From the NCBI GenBank assembly GCA_965198225.1, contig CBDAOY010000006.1, forward strand, positions 608,001 to 672,000: DNA of 64,000 nucleotides. The letters run 5' to 3'. The DNA is from Terriglobia bacterium (GTDB lineage: Bacteria; Acidobacteriota; Terriglobia; 20CM-2-55-15). Shown here piece by piece: positions 49,179 to 59,338 of this stretch. Position 1 is the stretch's first letter. The number at the start of each line of letters is the position of its first letter. The translations under genes were made by a program, and so were the position numbers. The notes under the pieces were generated by a model. That model had not been told where the DNA came from, did not search any database, and worked only from the letters and a program-made list of their open reading frames with translations.

Positions 49179-49991
49179 CTACAGAGGGCCGGAAATGCCG
49201 CCGTCCCTGCGGATTCTCCAGAAATGCACCGCCATCAGGAAGCCGGCAACCAGGGGCAGCCCGACGCAGTGCAACACGTAGAAGCGCAGGAGGGCCCCCT
49301 CGCCGACGAACGTTCCGCCCAGAAGGGCGAAGCGGGCGTCGCTGGTGTTGTTCACGAGGTTGATGTCTCCCAGCGACAGCAGGGCGGCGCCGGGGCCTTC
49401 GTGGCCCAGGAAGGGTGTCGCACGCGCCATGTTTGAACCCACGGTGATGGCCCACATGGCCAACTGATCCCACGGCAGCAGGTAACCCGTAAAGCTTAGC
49501 AGCAGCGTCAGGACGAGCAGGATGACCCCGACGCCCCAGTTGAATTCGCGCGGTGGCTTGTAGGAACCGGTCATGAACACACGGAACATGTGCAGCCACA
49601 CCGAGATCACCATCAGATGGGCGCCCCATCGGTGAATCTCACGCATGATTCCCAACGGCACCTGTTCGCGCAGGTCGATGATGTCGACGTAAGCGTATTC
49701 GAGCGTCGGCCGGTAGTAGAACATCAGCAGCAGACCGGTAAACGTCAACACAAGGAACAGGAAGAACGTGATTCCTCCCATACACCAGGTGAAGCGGAGC
49801 CGGATTCCCGATTTCCGTACCTTCACGGGGTGGAGGTGCAGAAAGACGTTGCCCAGCATTACAAGCATCCGTTTCCGGTCCGAGCTCGGTACGCCGACCC
49901 GGAAGACCGATCGGTAAATCTGGCTTTCCTGGATGGTCTCTCCGAGGCTGGAGAGCGATAGCTTCGACAGCAAATCCTTGAATTTACTCAT
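49179..49991 (-). CDS. Cytochrome b6-like subunit
   Basis: 'WCMGG', HRWGAH, HMFRVF, 'PREFNW', 'TGYLLPWDQ', 'RFYVLH', 'HFWRIR'. Confidence 0.93.
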   Translation of the reverse strand: MSKFKDLLSKLSLSSLGETIQESQIYRSVFRVGVPSSDRKRMLVMLGNVFLHLHPVKVRKSGIRLRFTWCMGGITFFLFLVLTFTGLLLMFYYRPTLEYAYVDIIDLREQVPLGIMREIHRWGAHLMVISVWLHMFRVFMTGSYKPPREFNWGVGVILLVLTLLLSFTGYLLPWDQLAMWAITVGSNMARATPFLGHEGPGAALLSLGDINLVNNTSDARFALLGGTFVGEGALLRFYVLHCVGLPLVAGFLMAVHFWRIRRDGGISGPL

Positions 49992-50086
49992 AAAAAGAAC
50001 CTAACTATGTACTGTGGGCACAGGCGGGCAAGGTCCTAGCGTGGATGCAACCCTCCTGACCCAATTACCTTCCGCGAACCGCGGAC

Positions 50087-50641
50087 TTACAACGGCAGAA
50101 ACGCCTGAGGGCTACTCCACTCACCCTTCTCTTGCTGGTACTTCTTGGCCCTCTCGACGCGGATCTGGCCGTCCTCGGCCATCGTGATCGTATACCGCTC
50201 CAGCGGTCGAGGCGCCGGGCCTTCAAAATTGATGCCGGTCTTGTAGAAACCGCTCCCATGACATGGGCACTTGAACTTCTGCTCTGCCTCCAGCCAGTTC
50301 GGCGTGCAGCCCAGGTGGGTGCAGGTGGTCGACAGGGCGTAAATACCTTCCTCGTTGCGGACCAGCCAGACGCCGAACCGCTCCTTGAAACGCTCGTCGA
50401 CCATGCCTATCTGGAGCTCGCTCGGATCGCCGGCCTTGAAGGCCGACGGCGGTTCGAACAGGACATTGGGGAACATGAAACGTGCCGTCGCCGTCGCCGA
50501 GGCGACCATGGAGGCGGTGAACGCCATCCACGCGACGCTCATCCAGGAAAGAAAGGACCGACGGGGCAATTCCTTCCTTTTCGCAGGTGCCTTTGGCGGC
50601 TTTTTTGCCTCGGGCGGCACTTGAGGATTCTCTTGGCTCAT
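50087..50641 (-). CDS. Rieske [2Fe-2S] subunit
   Basis: RRSFL Tat anchor, CTHLGC and CPCHGS boxes. Confidence 0.95.
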   Translation of the reverse strand: MSQENPQVPPEAKKPPKAPAKRKELPRRSFLSWMSVAWMAFTASMVASATATARFMFPNVLFEPPSAFKAGDPSELQIGMVDERFKERFGVWLVRNEEGIYALSTTCTHLGCTPNWLEAEQKFKCPCHGSGFYKTGINFEGPAPRPLERYTITMAEDGQIRVERAKKYQQEKGEWSSPQAFLPL

Positions 50642-50707
50642 CAGTAGACTCCTCGTTCAGTGAAGTTTGATTTCGAACACAGATAGAGAATTATTAATCT
50701 CGGAACG

Positions 50708-51604
50708 TTAATAAGTATTCAAGGCCTCCAGCGCCGCATCCCGAACCAGCAGGCTCGGATCGCTCTCGCTCAACAGGGCGATCTTGTCGCGCGCGCCTTC
50801 TATCCTAAGTAAACTGAGACACTTAACAGCGTTTACGATTGCGTTGTTCTTGTCTTCTTCCGACATCTCTGAGAACTGTGCCAGGTAGTCGCGGCTCGTC
50901 AATTCGATCAGCAGATCAACGCCGGCTGCGTCGTTCATCTGCGCCAGCGCCATCGCGGCATTCCACCTCACGGCCGCCGCCGTGTCGTTCAAGGCGATCT
51001 GCAGGTCGTGAATCGCAACCGGATCCTTCAGAGCTCCCAGCACGTGGGCGGCCATCATCCGGATGCCCGAGTCCTCGCTCTGCAACTTCGTGATGACTGC
51101 CGGGGCTGCTTGCTTGTCCGCGATCGTGCCCAATGCCCACAGCGTCCAGATTTGCGTTTCCGTGTCGACGTCAGCCAGGCCTTCGGCGAGTGCGGGGACG
51201 GCCGCGGGATCTCCCAGGTGCCCCAGGCTGACAGCCAGAAATCGCCGAATTCGCGTGTCGTCGGTCTTTGCGTTCTCGTAGACGGAGATCAATTCCGCAC
51301 CAAAACTGGTGCCCCGCAGCTCCTCCTTCTGGGCCGCTATCACTTTCGACAGATCCAGAGCGGCCTGCCATCGCCGCGTGTCGAACGGAGAGTAACCCGC
51401 GTTCTGCCGGATCTCGGTCAGGTACGTCCGTGGCGATTTCTGGTCATAGGTGATGAAGCCGAACAGAACAAACACCCCGATACCGAACGCGATGATGATC
51501 AGCGGGAAGAGGAAGAACTGGGCAATCAACAGCGAAGTGGGTTTCTGCACCTCGGTCAGATCTTCCTGAGGCGGCATTGAAATTGGATTGCCGTTGGACT
51601 CCAT
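50708..51604 (-). CDS. Membrane-anchored HEAT-repeat protein
   Basis: One TM helix followed by PBS-lyase-like HEAT repeats. Confidence 0.85.
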   Translation of the reverse strand: MESNGNPISMPPQEDLTEVQKPTSLLIAQFFLFPLIIIAFGIGVFVLFGFITYDQKSPRTYLTEIRQNAGYSPFDTRRWQAALDLSKVIAAQKEELRGTSFGAELISVYENAKTDDTRIRRFLAVSLGHLGDPAAVPALAEGLADVDTETQIWTLWALGTIADKQAAPAVITKLQSEDSGIRMMAAHVLGALKDPVAIHDLQIALNDTAAAVRWNAAMALAQMNDAAGVDLLIELTSRDYLAQFSEMSEEDKNNAIVNAVKCLSLLRIEGARDKIALLSESDPSLLVRDAALEALNTY

Positions 51605-51751
51605 AGGCGCGCCTGGAACGCGAGATTCTCCTCAAACGCCGAACATAGCAGAATAGAAAAATTGGGCTGTCCCGTCAACTCTAAACCGTGCAAAAAAAGG
51701 GATTTCGGGCGTTTTGAGAGACTTCGGATGCCGGGTTTCCGCCCGGATCCG

Positions 51752-52948
51752 TCACTCTTCCAGGCATATGGTGGCGGAGGCGGCCAGCTCGGCGATTTCG
51801 GCTTCCCCGTAGCCCAGACTTTCCAAGGTCGCCGCGTTGTGCTCGCCGAACCGCGGCGGAGGCTGTTCCAGACCCCCGGCCGTGTCGGACAGTTTGATCG
51901 GGATCCCCAGCATCTTCAGCGGGCCGTACTCGGGGTGAGTGAGTTCGCCGACCATCTCGCGGGCACGGATATGGGGGTCCTCGAGGATCTCTCCGACGGT
52001 GTTGATGGGTCCAACGGGTATACCCACTGCGGAAAGACGCTCGGTGATTTCGGCTCGCGTCAGCGGATGGATCGCTCGATCCATGATCGGCTTCAGGGCC
52101 TCGTAGTTCTTGATCCGGTTCGCGTTCGAATCAAAACGGGGGTCCGTGGCGACCTCCGGAAACTCCATGACGTTGCAGAAATTCTCCCACTGCTTCTGGT
52201 TCGTCACCGCGACGTTGATAAAACCATCGCTCGCATGGAAGCTCTCGTAAGGCACGATCGAGGGGTGACGTGAGCCCATCCTTGTCGGCGACCGGCCGGT
52301 CGTCAGGTAGATTTCGGCCTGGTACGCCAGAGTCGAGACCATGCTGTCGAGGAGGCTGATGTCCACGTGCTGTCCCTGCCCGGAACGGTGTCGCGCGAGC
52401 AGGGCCAGGAGGATGCCGTGGAAGGCATACAAGCCCGTGACGATGTCGGCCAGGGAGCCGCCGATCTTGACCGGTCCCCGGTCCGGCTCACCCGTGAGAT
52501 CCATCATCCCCGACTCTCCCTGGGCGATGACGTCGTAGCCGGGCCGATCGCGGTAGGGGCCGGTCTGGCCGAAACCGGAGATGGAGCAGTAGACAACCCG
52601 GCTGTTGCGCTCCGTGACGTCGGCGTAGGAGAAACCCAGCCGGTCGAGCACCCCGGGCCGGAAGTTCTCGACAACGACGTCAGCCCGGTCTATCAGCTTC
52701 CAGAGAATCTCACGTCCGGCCTCGTTCTTGAGATTCAGTCCCAGGCTCTGCTTGTTCCGGTTGACCGACAGGAAGTACGTGCTGATTCCTCCTACGAACG
52801 GAGGCCCCCACATCCTGCTGTCGTCGCCGTGCGGCGGCGGTTCGACCTTGACGACGCGTGCGCCCATGTCGCCCATCAGCATCGTGCAGATCGGGCCGGA
52901 CAGAATACGGGTGAGATCGACCACGAAGATATCGTCCAAGGGCTTCAT
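51752..52948 (-). CDS. CoA transferase family III (CaiB/BaiF)
   Basis: 'DLTRILSGP', 'NRNKQS', 'ADVVVENFRPG', 'GFGQTGPY..RPGYD'. Confidence 0.95.
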   Translation of the reverse strand: MKPLDDIFVVDLTRILSGPICTMLMGDMGARVVKVEPPPHGDDSRMWGPPFVGGISTYFLSVNRNKQSLGLNLKNEAGREILWKLIDRADVVVENFRPGVLDRLGFSYADVTERNSRVVYCSISGFGQTGPYRDRPGYDVIAQGESGMMDLTGEPDRGPVKIGGSLADIVTGLYAFHGILLALLARHRSGQGQHVDISLLDSMVSTLAYQAEIYLTTGRSPTRMGSRHPSIVPYESFHASDGFINVAVTNQKQWENFCNVMEFPEVATDPRFDSNANRIKNYEALKPIMDRAIHPLTRAEITERLSAVGIPVGPINTVGEILEDPHIRAREMVGELTHPEYGPLKMLGIPIKLSDTAGGLEQPPPRFGEHNAATLESLGYGEAEIAELAASATICLEE

Positions 52949-52984
52949 CGGGACGGGATCATAGCATGCGGGAAGTGAGGAAGA

Positions 52985-53081
52985 AGTGACAAGTGATGAG
53001 TGACCAGTGACAAGTAAGAGGGTTACTCCGACTCGTCACTTGTCACTCGTCACCTCCCCCCGGCAACTCGTCACTTGTCAC
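52985..53081. repeat. Inverted heptamer tandem repeats (GTGACRA / TYGTCAC)
   Basis: Similar arrays occur at 57569-57591 and 59181-59300. Confidence 0.75.
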
Positions 53082-53117
53082 TTCCTCCAACGGCCTACGG
53101 ACAACGGGCTACGCTCA

Positions 53118-53567
53118 TCAGAACCTCTTCCGACTATCCAGCATTAGCGTCACGGGCCCGTCGTTCGTCAACTCCACGTCCATCATCGCCTGGAAGACAC
53201 CGGTCGATACCCCCACGCCGGCGTTCTCGACTTCCCGGATGTACTGTTCGTAGAGATCCCGTGCCTCGTCGGGGGGAGCGGCTTTGTCAAAGGACGGTCG
53301 TCGGCCTTTCCGGCAGTCGCCCAAGAGCGTGAACTGAGACACGGCGAGGAGCTCACCGCCGGCGTCGAGAAGGGAGCGGTTCATCCTGCCGTCGGCGTCC
53401 TCGAAGACCCGAAGTTCGACGGTCTTTTTCGCCATCACACGGGCGTCATCGTCGGTGTCGTCTTTTTCCACACCGAGAAGAACGACAAGGCCGCTCCCGA
53501 TTCTCGAGTGCTCGTTGCCGTCGATCAAGACGCGTGCCGTGGAGACTCTCTGGATGACCGCACGCAT
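53118..53567 (-). CDS. dtd: D-aminoacyl-tRNA deacylase
   Basis: MRAVIQRV, SQFTL, NDGPVT. Confidence 0.97.
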   Translation of the reverse strand: MRAVIQRVSTARVLIDGNEHSRIGSGLVVLLGVEKDDTDDDARVMAKKTVELRVFEDADGRMNRSLLDAGGELLAVSQFTLLGDCRKGRRPSFDKAAPPDEARDLYEQYIREVENAGVGVSTGVFQAMMDVELTNDGPVTLMLDSRKRF

Positions 53568-53582
53568 CTCAGTGGGATGACA

Positions 53583-54968
53583 TCAATTGGAGTTGCGGAG
53601 GGTTTTCAGGAAAAGGCGCTGGATCTTGGAGTTCAGGAGGCGGGTGTTGCGGGCGTCGGTCTTCCATTTCTTGCACAGGTTCGACACCGGGATGATGGCC
53701 TTTGCCATCGACGCATGGCCGCCGGCCGAACCGAGCGTACCGAAAGCCTCCTTGACGACCTTTCCTGCCGCTCGGACGTAGCCGACGTTTCGAACCGAAA
53801 GGATCAGGTCCGATTCGTAAATGCCGCTGACCACGGCCCACTCGACTCCCTCGAACTGTAGACAGAAGTCCGCAAGTTGAGGGATGAGGTCCTCTCGCTG
53901 GACGCGACCGAGGCTGACGAACGCCACCTTCTCCTTTATCTGTCTGGCCTTCAGCGCCCGGCTCAGCGCGTCCAGGGCCGCTGGCGGTAGTGCCGGTCGT
54001 TCGATCCGGCGCAGCAGATTCTGGTTGGCACGCTGGTACAGGTAGGAGAATGCCTCGACGTCCCATTCGTTCGTTTCGCGCGCGAGTGTGAACGTGTCGC
54101 TCTTGATGCCGTAGAGCAGCGCCGTCGCCAGGCGCGTGCCTATGCTGTTGCCCTGACTGAGCAGGTATTCCAGCAGAATCGTCGCGGTTGCGCCGTAGCC
54201 GGGCCGGACGTCGCGGATGGCGGTTTCGTAGTCGAACTGTTCGGGGTGGTGATCGACGACCAGATCGAGTCGGGGCAGCGTGGCCTTGATGTGTGAGGGT
54301 TGCAGGTCGACCAGCGCGATCCGGTCGAAGTTCTCGATCTTCGTCGGGGTGATGAGCTCGACCTCGATCTCGAGCAGCTTTACCATCGCGATGTTCTCTG
54401 GCCGGGTCACTCGTCCGAAACTACCGATGGTCGCAGTCTGTTTGTTCCGTCCCAGGACTTGGCGCAACGCGAGCCCGCTCGCGATTGCGTCCGGATCCGG
54501 ATCGTCCTGCATGAGGATGAGGACGTCATCGGCGTCCTCGAAATGCTCGCGGATCTCTTCAACCTGTCGCGTCGTTCTTGCCAGCACGATGTGCCAGCGA
54601 AGATTGCCCTCCAACAGTTGCTGCATGGTGATGCAATGAACGAAGTCGGCCCGTCCCGAGACTTCCTCCCGGTGCGCGGTGATCACCAGCGTCGGCACGC
54701 GGCTGCCGTTCTTGCGAACCAGTTCAAGAACTGCCTCGATGCGATCGAGATTATCGGACTGTATGAGCAGCAGGTCGGCCTCATCTCTGAGACGCTTCCG
54801 GAGCGAAGAATTGTTGCGGCCCGCCAGGGAGACCGTCTGGCCGTGGGAGGAGAGGTGTCGCTTGGCTGCGGGGTCGGTGACGATGTAGGTGGTATCGCCG
54901 TTGCCGACGAAGTAGTCTTTGAGGAGACCTGCGATGTAGTCTTCCTCGATGTAGACGACGGACCTCAT
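53583..54968 (-). CDS. DHH/DHHA1 family phosphoesterase with an N-terminal extra domain
   Basis: DPDPDAIAS, LVD, VDHH, GIKSDT, AGGH. Confidence 0.9.
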   Translation of the reverse strand: MRSVVYIEEDYIAGLLKDYFVGNGDTTYIVTDPAAKRHLSSHGQTVSLAGRNNSSLRKRLRDEADLLLIQSDNLDRIEAVLELVRKNGSRVPTLVITAHREEVSGRADFVHCITMQQLLEGNLRWHIVLARTTRQVEEIREHFEDADDVLILMQDDPDPDAIASGLALRQVLGRNKQTATIGSFGRVTRPENIAMVKLLEIEVELITPTKIENFDRIALVDLQPSHIKATLPRLDLVVDHHPEQFDYETAIRDVRPGYGATATILLEYLLSQGNSIGTRLATALLYGIKSDTFTLARETNEWDVEAFSYLYQRANQNLLRRIERPALPPAALDALSRALKARQIKEKVAFVSLGRVQREDLIPQLADFCLQFEGVEWAVVSGIYESDLILSVRNVGYVRAAGKVVKEAFGTLGSAGGHASMAKAIIPVSNLCKKWKTDARNTRLLNSKIQRLFLKTLRNSN

Positions 54969-55010
54969 AGGGCGTCTGGCGTCCGTCCGGATTCCCCTGT
55001 AGTTCGCAAC

Positions 55011-55039
55011 AAAAATGCACCTTCAACCGCTGAAGGTGC
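55011..55039 (-). terminator. Intrinsic terminator-like hairpin
   Basis: GCACCTTCA-GCGGT-TGAAGGTGC followed by ATTTTT on the minus strand. Confidence 0.75.
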
Positions 55040-55081
55040 CCGTCGCCACTGAGTGGAATCCAGCGGCACAGCCAAACTTCA

Positions 55082-55111
55082 ATTGTAGGTTTCTGGCGGA
55101 GGCCTTGTCAA
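55082..55111 (-). promoter_or_regulatory. Sigma70-like promoter
   Basis: TTGACA-N18-TACAAT on the minus strand. Confidence 0.7.
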
Positions 55112-55234
55112 ACAAGCAGACGCCTTATCACACAACGCGCCACGAGGCGGAATGAAGACTATTTCGCGCCCATACTCCTTCAAACGACGTGTTTTTGCAC
55201 GGGAATCGAGACCGTGAGGGGTCGACGACAGGAT

Positions 55235-56371
55235 TTACATGTCGATTCGCTCGATCAGCCCCGCGATGAGCGCCGTGCGCCACGGGAGTTGGTCGACCTC
55301 TATGTGTTCGTCGACCTGGTGGGGGCCCAGCCCCACCGTACCGAGCCCGTCCAGGGTCGGAACGCCCAACGCTGCCGTGAAGTTGCCGTCCGACGCCCCG
55401 CCGGTCGACCCCTCCTGAAGATCATGCCCCACCTCACCCGCGATTTCTTGAGCCAGTTCGAACAGCCTTGCGGTGTCGGAGGTCCGCTCCATGGGGGGGC
55501 GGCTGATCCGGCCACGCACCTCTATCCTCGAGCCCGGCAACACGGGTGACAGTGCGCGGACTGCTTGAGTAACCCGTTCGGCTTCATCTGTCGAGGTGAT
55601 TCTGGTGTCAATCTCGATCGCCGATTCCGCCGGAACGACGTTGGGTCGTGTTCCACCCCGAACGACGCCCACGGTCAGTGTCGTACCGCGATCAGGATCC
55701 GTCATCCGCTGCAGTTTCAGGATCTGATGCGCAATCTCTTCGATCGAGTTGATGCCCTCTTCGGGGTTGATCCCGGAGTGCGTCGCCTTCCCGATCGCTT
55801 TGACGGTGAAGCGTCCCACGCCTTTGCGTGCAGTCTTCAGGACACCTCCTGGCAGGGAAGGCTCCAGAACCAGGACAGCCTGCGAGCGGCGTGCTTCGGC
55901 CTCGATCAGCTCTTGAGAGCTTCTCCCACCGATCTCCTCGTCGCTGGTCAGCAGTACAGTGACCGGGTTTCGAAGCTGACCGCGGATCCGCGCGACGGTT
56001 CGGATCGCCATCCACATCATCGCGATCCCGGCTTTCATGTCGAAGACGCCGGGGCCGCTGGCGATGTTCCCTTCGATCTTGAAAGGGCGTTTCTGAACCT
56101 CTCCGGCGGGAAACACGGTGTCGGTGTGTCCCAGCAACATTATGGGGCGATCCCCGGCACCCGGGAACCGGACCCGGAGATGATCGCCAAAGCCTTCGAC
56201 CGGATTCACGAACACCTCTCCAGCGATCTCCTCGAAACGCCGGGCGAGGAAGGCCACAAGTCGGTCGACGAGTGGTTTGTCGTAGCTGGGCGACTCCATG
56301 TCCACCATCTGTTGCAGGAGCTCGATCCCGTCTTTCTTGCTGTTCTCCAGATCAGTCAGTATTTGCTTCAT
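55235..56371 (-). CDS. M20 family metallopeptidase (glutamate carboxypeptidase-like)
   Basis: GHTDTV, 'GPGVFDMK', DEE, 'GGASDGN', C-terminal H. Confidence 0.92.
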   Translation of the reverse strand: MKQILTDLENSKKDGIELLQQMVDMESPSYDKPLVDRLVAFLARRFEEIAGEVFVNPVEGFGDHLRVRFPGAGDRPIMLLGHTDTVFPAGEVQKRPFKIEGNIASGPGVFDMKAGIAMMWMAIRTVARIRGQLRNPVTVLLTSDEEIGGRSSQELIEAEARRSQAVLVLEPSLPGGVLKTARKGVGRFTVKAIGKATHSGINPEEGINSIEEIAHQILKLQRMTDPDRGTTLTVGVVRGGTRPNVVPAESAIEIDTRITSTDEAERVTQAVRALSPVLPGSRIEVRGRISRPPMERTSDTARLFELAQEIAGEVGHDLQEGSTGGASDGNFTAALGVPTLDGLGTVGLGPHQVDEHIEVDQLPWRTALIAGLIERIDM

Positions 56372-56473
56372 TGTCTGTCCTTTCGCACTCCGCGCGGGGC
56401 ATCCGCGACGTCGTCAGTCGCGCGCGCGAGCTCAAGCTATAATGCCATGTCACCGGCCGCGCGAATAAACCGT

Positions 56474-57595
56474 ATGAAGATTGCCATCCTGGGTATCCGG
56501 GGGATTCCCGCAAACTACGGAGGGTTCGAAACCTTCGCCGAAGAGCTGGCGCCGCGTCTGGTCGCACGCGGGTACGAGGTGACCGTCTACGGCCGGTCGA
56601 ACAATATCGATCACGCGTCCGACATCTACCGCGGAGTCCGCCTGGTCATACTTCCGACGATTCCAACAAAACACCTGGATACGGTTGCCCACACCTTCCT
56701 TTCGGTCTTCCATTCCCTGACTCGACGTTTTGATGCGATGTTGATGTGCAACGCAGCTAATGCAGTTTTTTGTGCCGTGCCGCGGTTGGCCGGCACGCCA
56801 GTGGCGCTGAACGTGGACGGGATCGAACGGAAAAGGAAGAAATGGGGGTTGGCCGGGCGATCCTACTATCGCATCTCCGAACGCCTGTCGACCTTCATTC
56901 CGACGCTGGTCGTCACAGACGCCGCCGTCATGCAGGACTATTACCTGAAGGAACACAACGCGTCGTCGGTGATGATCGCCTATGGCGCCGACTGCCGACA
57001 GCGTCCCGAAACCGGGTTTCTGGAAACGCTCGGGCTCGGACCCCGAAACTACCTCCTGTACGTGAGCCGGTTTGAGCCCGAAAACAACGTGCACCTGGCG
57101 ATTGAAGCCTATCGTGAGGTCGACACGGGCATGCCGCTGGTGATTGTCGGTGACGCGCCTTACGCGGCGGCCTATATCCAGCGGCTCCGAGCGATGGCGG
57201 ACGAGCGCGTACGCTTCCCCGGCGCCATCTACGGCGACGGCTACCTCGAACTTCGATCCCACGCCTATGCGTGGGTCCAGGCGACCGAGGTTGGCGGAAC
57301 TCATCCCGCCCTGTTAGAGGCAATGGGGGCGGGCAACTGTGTTCTGGCAAAAAACACGCCCGAGCACGTCGAAGTATTGGGGGATTCGGGCCTCTACTTT
57401 GACACTGCCCGGGACCTTGCCGGGCTGATCCGGCGGGTCCTTGAAGATCCGCCACTTGCCGCCGAATACCGCGAGCGTGCCCGGTCTCGAGCGCAGGCGA
57501 ACTACTCCTGGGAAGCGATTACGGATCAATACGAGCAGCTGTTTCGCAGAATGGCCGGATTGGAAGAAGTGACGAGTGAAGACTCGTCACTTTGA
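56474..57595 (+). CDS. GT4 glycosyltransferase (DUF1972-type)
   Basis: 'GIRGIPANYGGFETFAEEL', 'NVDGIE', 'RFEPENN', 'GGTHPALLEAM'. Confidence 0.9.
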   Translation: MKIAILGIRGIPANYGGFETFAEELAPRLVARGYEVTVYGRSNNIDHASDIYRGVRLVILPTIPTKHLDTVAHTFLSVFHSLTRRFDAMLMCNAANAVFCAVPRLAGTPVALNVDGIERKRKKWGLAGRSYYRISERLSTFIPTLVVTDAAVMQDYYLKEHNASSVMIAYGADCRQRPETGFLETLGLGPRNYLLYVSRFEPENNVHLAIEAYREVDTGMPLVIVGDAPYAAAYIQRLRAMADERVRFPGAIYGDGYLELRSHAYAWVQATEVGGTHPALLEAMGAGNCVLAKNTPEHVEVLGDSGLYFDTARDLAGLIRRVLEDPPLAAEYRERARSRAQANYSWEAITDQYEQLFRRMAGLEEVTSEDSSL

Positions 57596-57664
57596 TGTAG
57601 GTGCGGTCTATGACCGCACAAATCTTTGCAAAGCCACGGTGTGCGGTCATAGACCGCACCTACA
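57596..57664. repeat. GTAG-type REP doublet (REPIN-like)
   Basis: TGTAGGTGCGGTCTATGACCGCACA and its exact reverse complement. Confidence 0.9.
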
Positions 57665-57758
57665 CGTCACCAGCTTTGTTCCCACAACTGACTACTCACT
57701 ACCGACTACTGCCTACTCTGTTACAATTCCACCCTCAAGAAAACAAGGGAGAATACGT

Positions 57759-59183
57759 ATGAAACCAACAGTTTGCGGTCTGGCCTTCTCGCTGGTACTG
57801 GTCCTGGGGCAGCCGGTAATAGCCCAGGATTATGGCTTCAGTTCGGCGTGGCCCGAGCTCAGCCCGGCAGAGCGGGCGCAGGTCATGTCATTCGGCGAGG
57901 ATTTCAAGGGTTTCATGGGTCGGGCCAAGAGCGAAATGTGGTTCGTCCGTGAGGGTGTGGAGTACGCGGAGTCCCAGGGGTTCCGCGAGTGGTCCGGCGA
58001 CGCGTCGAGCTCGAACCTGACACCCGGTTCGAGGTGGTATGCGATCAACCGCGACCGCACCCTCGTGCTCTTCATCATCGGAACCGAACCCATCGAAGCC
58101 GGCATGCGGATCGTCAACACGCACATCGACTCCCCCCGTATCGAATTCAAAACGAAACCGCTCCGCGAACGCAACGAGGTCGTGACGATCGACGCGCAGG
58201 TCCACGGCGGGATCAAGACCTACCAGTGGGTCAACGTTCCGCTCGCCCTGATCGGGCGGATCGACAAGACGGACGGGTCGACCCAGTGGGTCGAGATCGG
58301 GACCCAACCGGACGATCCGATACTCCTGATCAGCGACCTGGCGCCGCATGTGGACCGGGACTACCGGAATCGAACTCAGCGGGATGTCATTCGAGCCGAG
58401 GAACTGGAGCCGATCATTGCTTCGTTGCCGCCGGATAAGGACAGCGAGTATAAGACTGCTACCGAGCGCCTCCTGGCCCTGCTGAAACAGGAGTACGACA
58501 TCGACGGCCGGGATTTCCTTTCGGCCGACATCCAGATCGTGCCGGCAACCGCGCCCAGGGACGTCGGTCTGGACCGCGCCCTGGTTGCTGCTTTCGGCCA
58601 GGATGACCGGTCCACGGGGTACATCAGCCTCCGCTCGATCGCCGAGATCGAAACTCCAGCTCACACTGCGGTTGCGTATGCAGTGAACAACGAAGAGACC
58701 GGATCGTGGAACACGGGTGTGAACTCCCAGTGGTTCACCACATTGGTGTCGGAGATGATCGAAGCTCAGAGGGGCGACTTCAACGACCTGACTCTGAGGC
58801 GGGCATACCGGAATACGGAAGTACTGGTGAGCGATACGACGACGGCTCTGAATCCCCTCTTCCCGGGTCCGCAAAGCCAGGAGTTGACCTCACGGCTCGG
58901 GTACGGACTCGTCGTCAAGGAGTACGGTGCGGGCAGGGAAGCCAATTCGGAGTTCTTCGCAAAACTTCGGGGAGTCCTGGATCGAGCCGGGGTGAAATGG
59001 CAGACGCATTCCTACAACGCGGGGTACGGCGGGGGCACGATCGCGGCCTGGTTCGCGGGACAGAATATGGACGTCATCGACGTGGGCATCGGAATCGTGA
59101 GCATGCACTCCCCCTACGAGATGTCCTCGAAGGTGGATCTCTGGCAGCTCCACAAGGGTTTTCAGGCGTTTTTCAATCAGTGA
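57759..59183 (+). CDS. M18 family aminopeptidase with signal peptide
   Basis: HIDSP, GQDD, NEE, 'GGGTI', 'SMHSP.E'. Confidence 0.9.
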   Translation: MKPTVCGLAFSLVLVLGQPVIAQDYGFSSAWPELSPAERAQVMSFGEDFKGFMGRAKSEMWFVREGVEYAESQGFREWSGDASSSNLTPGSRWYAINRDRTLVLFIIGTEPIEAGMRIVNTHIDSPRIEFKTKPLRERNEVVTIDAQVHGGIKTYQWVNVPLALIGRIDKTDGSTQWVEIGTQPDDPILLISDLAPHVDRDYRNRTQRDVIRAEELEPIIASLPPDKDSEYKTATERLLALLKQEYDIDGRDFLSADIQIVPATAPRDVGLDRALVAAFGQDDRSTGYISLRSIAEIETPAHTAVAYAVNNEETGSWNTGVNSQWFTTLVSEMIEAQRGDFNDLTLRRAYRNTEVLVSDTTTALNPLFPGPQSQELTSRLGYGLVVKEYGAGREANSEFFAKLRGVLDRAGVKWQTHSYNAGYGGGTIAAWFAGQNMDVIDVGIGIVSMHSPYEMSSKVDLWQLHKGFQAFFNQ

Positions 59184-59338
59184 CGAAGAAGTGGTCAGTG
59201 GCGAGTGGCCAGTGGCCGATGGATGAAGTGACGAATGCCAAGTGACAAGCTACATTCGGCGTACCCGTTACGCATCACTTGTCACTCGTCACTTGTCACT
59301 TCTTTGGGGCAGTTAAAGACTTACAGGTTGTGCCACCC

